A stretch of 64,000 nt of DNA from Leucoraja erinacea. Its lineage: Eukaryota. The DNA lies in NCBI RefSeq assembly GCF_028641065.1, contig NC_073414.1, positions 2,232,001 through 2,296,000 of the forward strand. The letters are read 5' to 3'. The position numbers were made by a program, and so were the translations under genes. The notes under the pieces were generated by a model that ran no database searches, was not told the origin of the DNA, and saw only the letters and a program-made list of their open reading frames with translations. This document shows, in pieces, positions 12,354 through 24,905 of this stretch (position 1 is the stretch's first letter; each line of letters begins with the position of its first letter).

Positions 12354-14250
12354 ACATAGAAAATAGGTGCAGGAGTAGAGGCCATTCGGCCCTTCGAGCC
12401 TGCATCGCCATTCACTATGATCATGGCTGATCATCCAACTCAGTATCCTGTACCTGCCTTCTCTCCATACCCCCTGATCCCTTTAGCCACAAGGGCCACA
12501 TCTAACTCCCTCTTAAATATAGCCAATGAACTGGCCTCAACTACCTTCTGTGGCAGAGAATTCCAGAGATTCACACACTCTCTGTGTGAAAAATGTTTTC
12601 CTCATCTCGGTCCTAAAAGATTTCCCCCTTATCCTTAAACTGTGACCCCTTGTTCTGGACTTCCGCAACATCGGGAACAATCTTCCTGCATCTAGCCTGT
12701 CCAACCCCTTAAGAATTTTGTAAGTTTCTATAAGATCCCCCCTCAATCTTCTAAATTCTAGCGAGTACAAACCGAGTCTATCCAGTCTTTCTTCATATGA
12801 AAGTCCTGACATCCCAGGAATCAGTCTGGTGAACCTTCTCTGTACTCCCTCTATGGCAATAATGTCTTTCCTCAGATTAGGAGACCAAAACTGTACGCAA
12901 TACTCCAGGTGTGGTCTCACCAGGACCCTGTACAACTGCAGTAGAACCTCCCTGCTCCTATACTCAAATCCTTTTGCTATGAATGCTAACATACCATTCG
13001 CCTTCTTCACTGCCTGCTGCACCTGCATGCCTACTTTTAATGAATGGTGTACCATGACACCCAGGCCTCTTTGCATCTCCCCCTTTCCTAATTGGCCACC
13101 ATTCAGATAATAGTCTACTTTCCTGTTTTTGCCACCAAAGTGGATAACCTCACATTTGTCCACATTATACTGCATCTGCCATACATTTGCCCACTCGCCC
13201 AGCCTATCCAAGTCACCTTGCAGCCTCCTAGCATCTTCCTCACAGCGAACACTGCCCCCAGCTTCGTGTCATCCGCAAATTTGGAGATGTTGCATTCAAT
13301 TCCCTCGTCCAAATCATTAATATATATCGTAAGTAGCTGGGGTCCCAGCACTGAGCCTTGCGGTACCCCACTAGTCACTGCCTGCCATTGTGAAAAGGAC
13401 CCGTTTACTCCTACTCTTTGCTTCCTGTCTGCCAGCCAGTTCTCTATCCACATCAATACTGAACCCCCAATACCGTGTGCTTTAAGTTTGTATACTAATC
13501 TCTTATGTGGGACCTTGTCGAAAGCCTTCTGAAAGTCCAGATATAACACATCCACTGGTTCTCCCTTATCCACTCTACTAGTTACATCATCAAAAAATTC
13601 TATAAGATTTGTCAGACATGATTTACCTTTCATAAATCCATGCTGACTTTGTCCAATGATTTCACCACTTTCCAAATGTGCTGCTATCCCATCTTTAATA
13701 ACTGATTCTAGCAGTTTCCCCACTACCGACGTTAGACTAACTGGTCTGTAATTCCCCATTTTCTCTCTCCCTCACTTTTTAAAAAGTGGGGTTACATTAG
13801 CTACCCTCCAATCCTCAGGAACTACTCCAGAATCTAAAGAGTTTTGAAAAATTATCACTAATGCATCCACTATTTCTGGAGCTACTTCCTTAGGTACTCT
13901 GGGATGCAGCCTATCTGGCCCTGGGGATTTATGTCTTCCTTCGTGAAGACAGAACCAAAGTAGTTATTCAATTGGTCTGCCATGTCCTTGTTCCCCATGA
14001 TCAATTCACCTGTTTCTGACTGCAAAGGACCTACATTTGTTTTAACTAATCTTTTTCTCTTCACATATCTATAAAAGCTTTTGCAGTCAGTTTTTATGTT
14101 CCCTGCCAGTTTTCTTTCATAATCTATTTTCCCTTTCCTAATTAAGCCCTTTGTCCTCATCTGCTGGACTCTGAATTTCTCCCAGTCCTCTGGTAGGTTA
14201 CTTTTTCTGGCTAATTTGTACGCTTCATCTTTTGTTTTGATACTATCCCT
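12354..14250 (-). mobile_element. Better-preserved CR1 subfamily copy, RT domain
   Basis: ORFs 13115-13759 ([19 protein letters not shown]) and 12537-13211; internal deletion near 13930. Confidence 0.92.
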
Positions 14251-15339
14251 GATTAGGGATTTTTACCCTTACAATTCCTCAGTTCTATCCATACTGACTC
14301 TACATCTCCTGAATCTATCTCATCACTCGCAAGGGACTGAATTTCATTCCTCACCAACAGAGCTACCCCACCTCCTCTACCCACCTGCCTGTCTTTTTGA
14401 TCGGACGTATACCCTTGAATATTCCGTTCCCAGCCCTGGTCCTCTTGCAGCCATGTCTCTGTAGTTCCCACAATATCATACTTGCCAATTTCTAACTGAG
14501 CCTCAAGCTCGTCCACTTTATTTTTTATATTTCGCGCATTAATATAGAACACTTTATCTTTGATATTCACCTCCCCTCTCACACCGGTCACTATGGCCCT
14601 GACCTTACTCTCTTATCCCTTCTCAAACTTTCCTTCCCATTAATTCGGGAGTCTTTTGTAACTTTTCCTGTACTTGCTTTCCCTTTAACTCTATCTTTAT
14701 ACTCCCAATTCACTCCACTACTCATGGGGAAACTGTCCGAAGTAGCACCATCACATTGCACTGTAGATGCATGTTCTTGTGGAAGGACTGAGTGAGGTTT
14801 AGAAGATGTGGTGGACATCCAATCATCTCCAATACCTGGTAGAGCCATGTCTGTGGACAGAATCGAAGGACAGAACACAGCACTTACAAACAGACTTGAA
14901 TAATGGCACCAAACCTGGCCTCTCTGTCAACCATCTCAATCTACTACTGTTATACACTTGTACCGTTTCCAAGATGCTTATTTAAGATGTGTCACAGTGA
15001 TTATGTATGGTGATACATGTATTAAACTGTATACAGAAATGGATTTCACTTTAGCTCAGTAAATATGACCAATACAGAACCATTGAACATTTAGAAACAT
15101 AGAAATTAGGTGCAGGAGTAGGCCATTCAATATGATCATGGCTGATCATCCAACTCAGTATCCCAATATTTATAAGCACAGTTCTTACCTTGGTCTTGGC
15201 TTTCAGCGTTGCTAGAATGAAGAGGTTCCTGTCGCTTCTAGTGTGAAGATTCGCTCCTTCCGTGTCAGTCGTGAAGACAAAGGGCAGATAGGAAGATGCC
15301 GAACAGCATGGGAGCTGGGACACAACCTTGCTTCAATAG

Positions 15340-16405
15340 ACAACAGGTGCAGGAGTAGGCCATTCGGCCCTTCGAGCCAGCACCGCCATTCAATGTGATA
15401 TTGGCTGATCATCCACAATCAGTACCCCGTTCCTGCCTTCTCCCCATATCCCCTGACTCCACTATCTTTAAGAACCCTATCTAGATCTCTCTTAAAAGTA
15501 TCCAGAGAACCGGCCTCCACCGCCCTCTGAGGCAGAGAATTCCACAGACTCACAACTCTCCGAGAAAAAGTGTTTCCCCGTCTCCGTTCTAAATGGCTTA
15601 CCCCTTATTCTTAAACTGTGTCCCCTGGTTCTGGGCTCCCCCAACATCGGGAACATGTTTCCCGTCTCGAGAGTGTCGAAACCCTTAATAATCTTATATG
15701 TTTCAATAAGATCCCCTCATCTTTCTAAATTCTAGAGTATACAAGCCCAGCCGCTCCATTCTCTCAGCATATGACAGTCCCGCCATCCCGGGAATTAACC
15801 TTGTGAACCTACGCTGCACTCCCTCAATAGCAAGAATGTCCTTCCTCAAATTTGGAGATCAAATCTGCAACACACTACTCCAGGTGTGGTCTCACAAGGG
15901 CCCTGTACAACTGCAGAAGGACCTCTTTCCTCCTACACACAACTCTGCTTGTTATAAAGGCCAACATGCCATTCGCTTTCTTCACTGCCTGCTGTACCTG
16001 CATGCTTACTTTCATTGACTGATGAACAAGGACCCCCAGATCCCTTTGTACTTCCCCTTTTCCCAACTTGACACCATTGAGATAATAATCTGCCTTCCTG
16101 TTTTTGCTACCAAAATGGATAACCTCACATTTATCCACATTAAACAGCATCTGCCATGCATCTGCCCACTCACCCAACCTGTCCAAGTCACCCTGCAACC
16201 TCATAGAATCCTCCTCGCAGTTCACACTGCCACCCAGCTTTGTGTCATCTGCAAATTTGCTAATGTTACTTGTAATCCCTTCACCTAAATCATTAATATA
16301 TATTGTAAATAGCTGCGGTCTCTACACCGAGCCTTGCAGTACCCCACTCGTCACTGCCTGCCATTCTGAAAGGGACCCGTTAATTCCTACTCTTTGTTTC
16401 CTATC
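15340..16405 (-). mobile_element. CR1 3' part, unit 4
   Basis: ORF 15875-16225 and CR1 3' UTR. Confidence 0.9.
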
Positions 16406-16414
16406 TGATGCCCC

Positions 16415-17616
16415 GTTAGGGTTAGAGTCCACAGATGGGCTGTAAAATATTCTTCCTTCAATGCATGAATTTTAAACATTAATATATTAAAATGAATGCA
16501 ATAAAATCAATTGTGCAAATGAAAAGATGTCTAACCACCGTCTCTAACTTTTTGCAGGGATGGATTCAGTGTAGATGGTTTCATTCAGGGATCTTACAGC
16601 TAGATCCCACTAATAATACTGCAAAAAGGCCACATCATCTGTTTTAGTAACATTGAATATGGGATAAATGCAGACTTTGAGAACAACACCCCCACTTCCC
16701 CGCCCCCTCGCCTTGCTACAAAATGGGTGGTGGGTATTTAGACCCAGTGGCCGGAGCAGGTGAGTGGCACTGGTACATAGACAACATTGCCTGTACCCAG
16801 TTGAAAAGCCCGCTGCCTCTGGGGGTTTGGAGAGACCATTGGAAGAGAGATCTGCCTCTGGGACAACTCGTGGCCAACAGTTTAGTTCCCATGAGGAGCA
16901 GGCAGATCATTGAGGGTTCGAGTCCAACCCCTGGGGCCCCTGTATCACATTTAGTTCAGAGATACAGTGCCCTTCAGCCCACCGAGTCCGCACTGACCAG
17001 CGATCCTTCGCACACTATCCCACACACGCTAGGCACAATTTATACTTATACCAAGCCTATTAACCTAGAGTTAGGGTTATTGTTAGTGTTATGGCTAGTG
17101 TTAAGAGTTAGGGTTAGGGCTTGGCTTTGTATAAACTGTCCCTTGCGTGTGCGGGATAGTGTGCGGATATTCGCCAGTCGCAGGCTGGGTCCACAAAGGG
17201 GGGGCTTTGGGGAAAGTTGGGAATGGGAGAAGGCAGGGAGAGGGGGAGAAGAGGCAGGGGAGAGGGGGAGAAGGGGATGTGAGGGGAGGGGAGCAGTGGA
17301 GAAGGGGGAGAAGAGTGGCGCGGGGGAAGGGAAGAAGGGGAGGAGAGGGGAGAAGGATAAGGGAGGTAGTGGGAAAGGAGGGATGAGGCGGGAGGAGGGG
17401 AGTTCAGTCTACACTCACTGAATCCATCCGTGAAATTTAGAGATGATGATTGGATCTGGAAACGGACCAATACATCTGTAAATAAAACTGAACGACTCCG
17501 ACATCTTTTCATTTGCACAATTGAATTTATTGTATTAATTTTAATATTTTAATGTTTAAAATCCATGCATTGAAGGAAGAATATTTTACAGCCCATCTGT
17601 GGTCCCTAACCCTAAC
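16415..17616. mobile_element. Inverted-repeat element with telomere-like ends, internally rearranged copy
   Basis: Same terminal arms; 17180-17470 is the reverse complement of the 2660-2960 segment. Confidence 0.72.
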
Positions 17617-18790
17617 CCGTCTTTCTTAAAAAGTGGGATAACATTAGCTACCCTCCAATCCAGAGGAACTGATCCTGTGTCTATACAACATTGGAAAATT
17701 ATCACCAATGCGTCCACAATTTCTAGAGCCACTCCCTTAAGTACCCAAGGATGCAGACCATCAGGCCCTGGGGATTTATCAGCCTTCAGTCCCATCAGTC
17801 TACCCAACACCATTTCCTGCCTAATGTGGATTTCCTTCAGTTCCTCAGTCATCCCAGATCCTCTGGCCACTAGTACTTCAGGAAGATTGTTTGTGTCTTC
17901 CTTAGTGAAGACAGATCCAAAGTACCTGTTCAACTCATCTGCCATTTCCTTGTTCCCCATAATGAATTCACCCTTTTCAGTCTTCAAGGGTCCAACTTTG
18001 GTCTTAACTATTTTGTTCCTCTTCACATACCTAAAGAAGCTTTTACTAACCTCCATTATATTCTTGGCTATCTTACCTTCGTACCTCATCTTTTCTCCCT
18101 GTAATACCTTTTTAGTTATCTTCTGTTGCTCTTTAAACTTTACCCAATCCTCTGGCTTCCGGCTCATCTTTGCTACGTTCACCAACCTGGCCTCTCTGTC
18201 TACTATCTACTACTGTTATACACTTGTACCGTATCCAAGATGCTTATTTAAGATATGTCTTAGTGATTATGGAAACATAGAAAATAGGTGCAGGAGTAGG
18301 CCATTCGAGCCTGCACCGCCATTCAATATGATAATCCAACTCAGTATATCATCCCTGCCTTCTCTCCATACCCCCTGATCCCTTTAGCCACAAGGGCCAC
18401 ATCTAACTCCCTCTTAAATATAGCCAATGAACTGTGGCCTCACCTACCTTCTGTGGCAGAGAATTCCACATATTCACCACTCTCTGTGTAAAAAATGATT
18501 TTCTCATCTCGGTCCTAAAAGAATTCCCCCTTATCCTTAAACTGTGACCACTTGTTCTGGACTTCCCCAACATCGGGAATAATCTTCCTGCATCTAACCT
18601 GTGCAACCCGTTAAGAATTTTGTAAGTTTCTATAAGATCCCCCCTCAATCTTTTAAATTCTAGTGTGTACAAGCCGAGTCTATCCAGTCTCTCTTCATAT
18701 GAAAGACCTGACATCCCAGGAATCAGTCTGGTGAACCTTCTCTGTACTCCCTCTATGGCAAGAATGTCTTTCCTCAGATTAGGAGACCAA
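17617..18790 (-). mobile_element. CR1 fragments (linker region and a separate 3' end)
   Basis: ORFs 17586-18185 and 18403-18714. Confidence 0.88.
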
Positions 18791-19111
18791 TGACTAATAA
18801 AGAACCATTGTACATTATGTATGGTGATACATGTATTAAACTGTATACAGAAATGTATTTCACTTTAGCTGGGTAAATATGACCAATACAGAACCATTGG
18901 ACATTTATAAGCACAGTTCTTACCTTGGTCTTGGCTTTCAGCGGTGCTAGAATGAAGAGGTTCTTGTCGCTTCTAGTGTGAAAATGCGCTCCTTCTGTGT
19001 CAGTCGCGAAGGCAAATGACAGATAGGAAGATGCCGAACAGCATGGGAGCTGGGTCACAACCTTCCTTCAATAGACAGTGGGTGTAGGAGAAGGAGGAGA
19101 TTGAACCTCAC

Positions 19112-19150
19112 CCATCTCCGACAAGATCTCGGTGTGGTCTCCCACGCCAT
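19112..19150 (-). CDS. Candidate first coding exon of an unidentified gene (MAWETTPRSCRRW)
   Basis: ACCATGG Kozak context, 13 codons, then a GTGAGG donor; lies downstream of a TATA/CCAAT promoter. No homology recognised. Confidence 0.3.
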
Positions 19151-19673
19151 GGTCTTCAAGGCGGGTCACAGAGCGGTCCAGAGGCGCTGGACCTACTCGG
19201 GAACCAACTTGACCTGCAGATGTTTGCGTGTAGCTGGACTTGCGGGGACTTTAGCGCCGGTGAGTTTTGTGTAACCGCGAAAAACCATCAATGGAGCAGA
19301 ATGACACAAGAAAGAGACTCCCCGCCCTCGCCCCCCTTCATACTCACCCCTCGCTCCTCCGGACAGGGCGGGTGGGAAGGAAGGAGTGACCCCTGAGAGA
19401 ATATTTTTATTAAATTGGGGGAGAGGGGGCGATGTCTTTGGTCTTGACCCTTGGTCGTGTCCGGAACGCAGAACCCGGTCCGGCCGGTCAAGCCTCGCTG
19501 ACCAGTGGGATGACCAGAGCGATGGGTTGTGTCTTGAAGGATCCCTGGCGCCGCTGTCCACTCGCGCGTCGAGGTTCTTCTCCGGCCACTGATGGACACT
19601 AAAGATACTGGAGCGGACTGACCGCTCTCTGATCTTCGGTGGACACTGCGGACGCTGCCTGGTCAGCGCCGCC

Positions 19674-19770
19674 TTTTATACACACCGCCATGTCCCGCCC
19701 CCCTCGCTGACCATTGGTCCGCGCTCCGGCCACGGCATTGGCCCGTGGGGTGGACAGTCCATCCGATTGG
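19674..19770 (-). promoter_or_regulatory. Pol II promoter: TATA box, GC box, three CCAAT boxes
   Basis: On the minus strand: TATAAAA 19674-19680, GGGCGG near 19695-19700, CCAAT at 19713, 19737 and 19766, in CpG-rich DNA. Confidence 0.65.
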
Positions 19771-19914
19771 AGGAGACCGCTGTCCGTCTGAGCGAAAACT
19801 TCAGCGCCAAAATTCAGCGCGTGATGGACAGCTCGTGCGAGGCGATTGTCCGTTCGCTCCGGCCACGAGCCCGCGTGACCCCACCCCCCACTGGCGCCAA
19901 AACCGACAGGACAC

Positions 19915-20978
19915 TGAGGGACAATGAGGGAACATTGAGGGGGAACATTGAGGGGATGAGGGACATTGAGAAACATTGAGGGGATGAGGAACATTGAGGG
20001 GATGAGGGATATTGAGGAACATTGAGGGATATTGAGGGGATGAGGGATATTGAGGGGATGAGGGAACATTGAGGGGATGAGGGACATGGAGGAAGATTGA
20101 GGGACATTGAATTGAGGGGATGAGGGACATTGAGGAACATTGACAGGGGATGAGGGACATTGAGGGGATGAGGGACATTGAATTGAGGGGATGAGGGACA
20201 TTGAGGAACATTGACAGGATGAGGGACATTGAGGGGATGAGGGATATTGATTGGGGATGAGGGAACATTGAGGGGATGAGGGACATTTAGGGGATGAGGG
20301 ATATTGAGGGGATGAGGGACATTGAGGGGGATGAGGGACATTTAGGGGATGAGGGACATTGAATTGAGGGGATGAGGGACATTGAGGGGATGAGGGACAT
20401 TGAATTGAGGGGATGAGGGACATTGTGGGATGATGGGACATTGAGGGTATGAGGGACATTGAATTGAGGGGATGAGGAACATTGAGGGGATGAGGGATAT
20501 TGAGGGGATGAGGGATGACATTGAGGGGGATGAGGGATATTGAGGGGATGAGGGACCATTGAGGGGAGGGAGGGACATTCAGGGACCATTGAGGGGATGA
20601 GGGATATTGAGGGGACGAGGGACCATTGAGGGGATGAGGAACATTGAGGGGGTGAGGAACATTGAGGGAATGAGGGATATTGAGGGGATGGGGGATATTG
20701 AGGGGATGAGGGATATTGAGGGGATGAGGAACATTGAATTGAGGGGACGATGGACATTGAGGGGATGAGGGACATTGAGGGTATGAAGGACATTGAGGGG
20801 ATGAGGGACATTGAATTGAGGGGATGAGGGACATTGAGGGTATGAAGGACATTGAGGGTATGAGGGACATTGAGGGGATGAGGGATATTGAATTGAGGGG
20901 ATGAGGGACATTGAGGAGATGAGGGACATTGAGGGGATGAGGGATATTGAATTGAGGGGATGAGGGACATTGAGGGCA
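19915..20978 (+). repeat. G-rich minisatellite, 18-bp unit with a 23-bp variant
   Basis: GGGACATTGAGGGGATGA repeated, some units with an extra GAATT. Confidence 0.95.
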
Positions 20979-22429
20979 TGAGTCCTGGAGGAACTCAGCG
21001 GGTCAGGCATCAATTATAACTTGTCCCGAGTGTGTGCAGGATAGTGTTAGTGTGCGGGGAGCGCTGGTCGGCGTGGAGTCAGTGGGCTGAAGAGCCTGTT
21101 TCCGCACTGTGTTTTTGAAACTAAAACAAAACCAGAACCAGGGGCCACACACAGTTTAAGAATAAGGAGTAAGCCATTTAGCATGGAGATGAGGAAACAC
21201 TTTTTCACACAGAGAGTTGTGAGTGTGTGGAATTCTCTGCCTCAGAGGGCGGTGGAGGCCGGTTCTCTGGATTCTTTAAAGAGGGAGCTAGATAGGGCTT
21301 TTAAAGATAGCGGAGTCAGGGGATATGGGGAGAAGGCAGGAACGGGGTACTGATTGGGGATGATCACATTGAATGGTGGTGCTGGCTCAAAGGATCGAAT
21401 GGCCTATTCCTGCACCTATCGTCTTTTGAAAACTAAATTAATCTCTCCCAAACATCTGCAAAACCGTCAAACCTCAAGTTTTAAGTTTGTTGGTAAAGTT
21501 CAGGCCGGTTTTACCTGGAACTTGTCAAGTTGTGGTCGGCCTGGATCCTTCCTGTCCACACCTTATCAACGGCACACACATGGTGTAGCACGAGAGTGAG
21601 TGATGGGGAAACTACACACAGTGGCCAAGCGGGTAGAGACTCTGTCTCACAGCAACAAGGATCCGGCTTTGATCCGGACCTCGGGTGCTGAATGTGTGTG
21701 TGTGTGTGGAATTTGCACGCTCTCCCAATGACTGCATGGGTTAATCCGGGTGCTCCGATCCCTCCCACTCTCCAAAGACGTACAGGTTTGTAGGATAATT
21801 GGCTTGATAAAATGTTAAATTGTCCAAGTTAGCAATATGCAGAGTGCTGCTCCTGCCGACTACAAAATTCAGAAGGTTCAAAAGGAGTCTGATCCTGGAC
21901 CCTACCACATCTGAAGAAGACAGCCCATCTACACTAGCCCTACCAGCCTGCGTTTGGTCCATATCTTTCTAAACCGTTCCAAGTTTTAGTTCTAATTTCT
22001 AGTTCTTGTTCACCTTTTCAGCTTGTAGTTGTTTATCCAGCATTGAAATCTGCATCCGAAACTGAGCACAGATATTGATGTGCTGGGTGACTCTTTACTT
22101 CCCCCCAGAAACCGAGCTACTGAAGTTACTGGGCCTGTGGTCTTCCTCCGCTACCTGCTCACAGCCCGAGAGTTCCTCTTTCAATGTTAGAAGCTGCGTC
22201 AGTGTGGGAGAGCTGACGGATTCAACTTGCCTCCGCTACAAATTCTCAAAGGGCAGTTCCACCCGTGAATCACCATCATCCTTCACCCTTAACCACATGA
22301 CCCTGACATTAAGCGAAAGATCTTTAACGAAACGATCGCGATAACAGAAACCGAAAATGAGGGAATCACTCGAAAGGTCAGGCAGCAAATGTGGAATTTT
22401 AATGTTTCAGGTTTAGTTTCATTTAGTTT

Positions 22430-22720
22430 AGAGATACAGCGTGGAAACAGGCTCTTCGGCCCACCGACTCCACACCGACCAGCAATCACCTCGCACACTA
22501 ACACTATCCTGCACACACTAGGGACAATTTACAATTTTATCATAGCCAATTAACCTACTAATCCGCCTGTCTTTGGAATGTGGGAGGAATGTGGAGCACC
22601 CGAAGAAAACCCACGCAGGTCACAGGGAGAACGTACAAACTCCGTACAGACAGCACCCATAGTCAGGATCGAACCTGGGTCTCTGGCGCTGTGAGGCAGC
22701 AACTCTATCGCTGCGCCACC
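22430..22720 (-). mobile_element. tRNA-derived V-SINE (HE1-like); more copies near 23.2, 24.0, 33.5, 36.0, 45.5, 52.3, 54.5, 57.4 and 62.8 kb
   Basis: A/B-box head GGTGGCGCAGCGATAG...GGTTCGATCC and V-domain GGAGTTTGTACGTTCTCCC. Confidence 0.85.
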
Positions 22721-23586
22721 ATGCAGCCCTGTATTGGGACATTCCCCCAAGTCTGCTGCTCAGGCTCTTTATTTTAGTTTAGTTTACTTTTGATTAGTTT
22801 CATTTATTAAGTTTAAATGTACAGCATGGAAACAGGCCCACTGAGTCTGCTGAAAGGTCTCGACCTATTCCTTCGCTCCATAGAATTAAGTCATTTATAT
22901 GGAATATAAATTGTCATTTATATGGAATAGAATTCGCTCCATAGAATTAAATCATTTATTGTGGCAGGATTTTTAGAAAGTGATCCGATCAATCCATTAG
23001 GTTATTCAATGGAATAGCAACATATTCACACATTGTGGACACAGAAGGGACTATATAAGCTGGAACCTCGTACAAAAACAAAGTGCTGGCAGAACTCAGC
23101 AGGTCAGGCAGCATCTTGTGGAGGGATGAGATATACAGCACGGGAACAGGACCTTCGGCCCACCGAATCCATGCTGACCATCCATCACCAGTTCACACTG
23201 GTTCTATGTTATCCCACTATCTCATCAAATTCACAACACTCGGGGGGCAATTTACAGAGGGGGGACAATTAATCTACAAGCCCGCATGTCTTTGGGACGT
23301 GGGAGGAAAACCAGAGAACCCACGCAGTCAAAGGGAGAACGTGCAAACTCCATACGGACAGCACTCGAGGTCAGGATCGAACCCGGGTCTCGGGATGCTG
23401 TGAGGCAGCGACTCTACCACCCAGAGAATAGGTGACGGTACTCTTGTTTAGACTAGGGAGACCTCAATCTGAAGAAGGGTCCAGACCTGAAATGTCATCT
23501 GCTCAATCCTTCCACAGATGCAGCCTGACTAGCTGAGTTCCTCCAGCACTGTGTGCTTTGATTAAGCATCTTGTCTTGGTAATTAA

Positions 23587-23592
23587 TTTATT
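23587..23592 (-). terminator. Candidate MRPL28 polyadenylation signal
   Basis: AATAAA on the minus strand ~200 nt after the stop. Confidence 0.5.
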
Positions 23593-23790
23593 TTTCAATC
23601 GCACCGCACAATGTTGCAACAATGCAGGCCCAGCTACAGTGATTAGCTCTGACGAAGATCTCATAATGTTATTTTAACCCCAGTTTCATCTGTTTTCCAC
23701 GCCTCTGTCATCAGTAAGTTTTTATCAAGAAGAGATGTTTCAGAGGCCAAGGAACCTACTGCTCTGAAGATCGCAAGAGCCCCATCTTGG

Positions 23791-23889
23791 CTACGACACC
23801 TTTCCCACGACTGCTGGTTCTGACAGATGTTGGGCGTGAAGCTGCTGCACAAGTTCCTCGGTGTAAACTTTGAACAGCGGCACTGGGTC
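23791..23889 (-). CDS. MRPL28: 39S ribosomal protein L28, last coding exon
   Basis: [32 protein letters not shown]; CAG acceptor, phase 0. Confidence 0.93.
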   Translation of the reverse strand, partial: DPVPLFKVYTEELVQQLHAQHLSEPAVVGKVS

Positions 23890-24556
23890 CTGAAAGAAAG
23901 TTATTTAAAAATACTTTAGAGATAGAGAGTGGAAACAGGCTCATCGGCCCACCGATCCCCGCCGACCAGCGATCACCCCGTACACTAGCACTTAGGGACA
24001 ATTTACAGAAGCCAATTACAATACTATTAACTTGTACGTCTTTGGAATGTGGGAGGAAACAGAAGCACCCGGAGAAAACCCATGTGGTCACAGGGAGAAC
24101 ATACAAACTCCAAAGTCAAAGTCAATTTTATTTGTCGCATGCACCCAAAGGTGCAGTGAAATGAATTTGCCAGCAGCGATACTTAAGAGCAGCACCCGTA
24201 GTCCAAATCTAACCCGGTTTCTAGACTAATTGGCTTGTACGGGTGGGGAACAGATTTGAGAAATCTGAGAAATTTATAAACACTCTATTGAACAATTTGT
24301 GTAGCCTCTGAAAATGTCGGATGAATTTTTTGCACGGTTCACGTGTTGTATATATTTATTACCTGAATAAAGTCTATTTTGAAATTAAAAAAAAAAAAAA
24401 TTGTGAAATGTCCTTGGTGTGTGTGGGATAGTTTTAGTGTGCGGGGATCGCTGGTTGGTGCAGACTTGTTGGGCTGAAGGGCCTATTTTCGCACTGTATC
24501 GCTAAATTAACTAAAAAAACTAACCAATGCTAATGCCGTCACTGGATGGTGTACTC

Positions 24557-24905
24557 ACGGGACGACAGATGGCGCAATGGGCTAAGTGTTCGGCTGGTAG
24601 CCGGTTCGAATCCCGCTTGGAGTGCATACTGTCGTTGTGTCCTTGGGCAAGACACTTCACCCACCTTTGCCTGTGTGTGAATGTGTGTGAATGTGTGTGA
24701 GTGATTGGTGGTGGTCGGAGGGGCCGTAGACGCAGATTAGCAGCCACGCTTCCGTCAGTCTGCCCCAGGGCAGCTGTGGCTACAGAAGTAGCTCACCACC
24801 ACCGAGTGTGACTGAGGAGTGAATGAATAATGCGATGTAAAGCGCCTTGAGTATCTAGAAAGGCGCTATATAAATCCCATCCATCATTATTATTATTATT
24901 ATTAC
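24557..24905 (+). mobile_element. tRNA-headed AFC/CORE-like SINE with L2-type tail
   Basis: B box GGTTCGAATCC, GTGTCCTTGGGCAAGACACT, GCCCCAGGGCAGCTGTGGCTAC, tail TGTAAAGCGCC...GGCGCTATATAAAT(ATT)n. Confidence 0.75.

Larger units (their letters stand above)
870..19075. repeat. Tandem array (macrosatellite) of a ~4.9 kb composite transposon unit, about 4 full or partial units
   Basis: Spacer motif ACTTACAAAC recurs near 880, 5681, 10555 and 14882. Near-identical ORFs are offset by 4854-5058 bp (3994/8867, 5054/9925, 5953/10807, 2014/7072). Confidence 0.93.

Noticed and set aside
19599-21013. Long repetitive ORFs (423 aa and others)
   Set aside because: Minisatellite translation, open in several frames.
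22075-22344. 89-aa ORF in unique sequence
   Set aside because: No recognisable homology or convincing splice sites; the opposite strand has stops.
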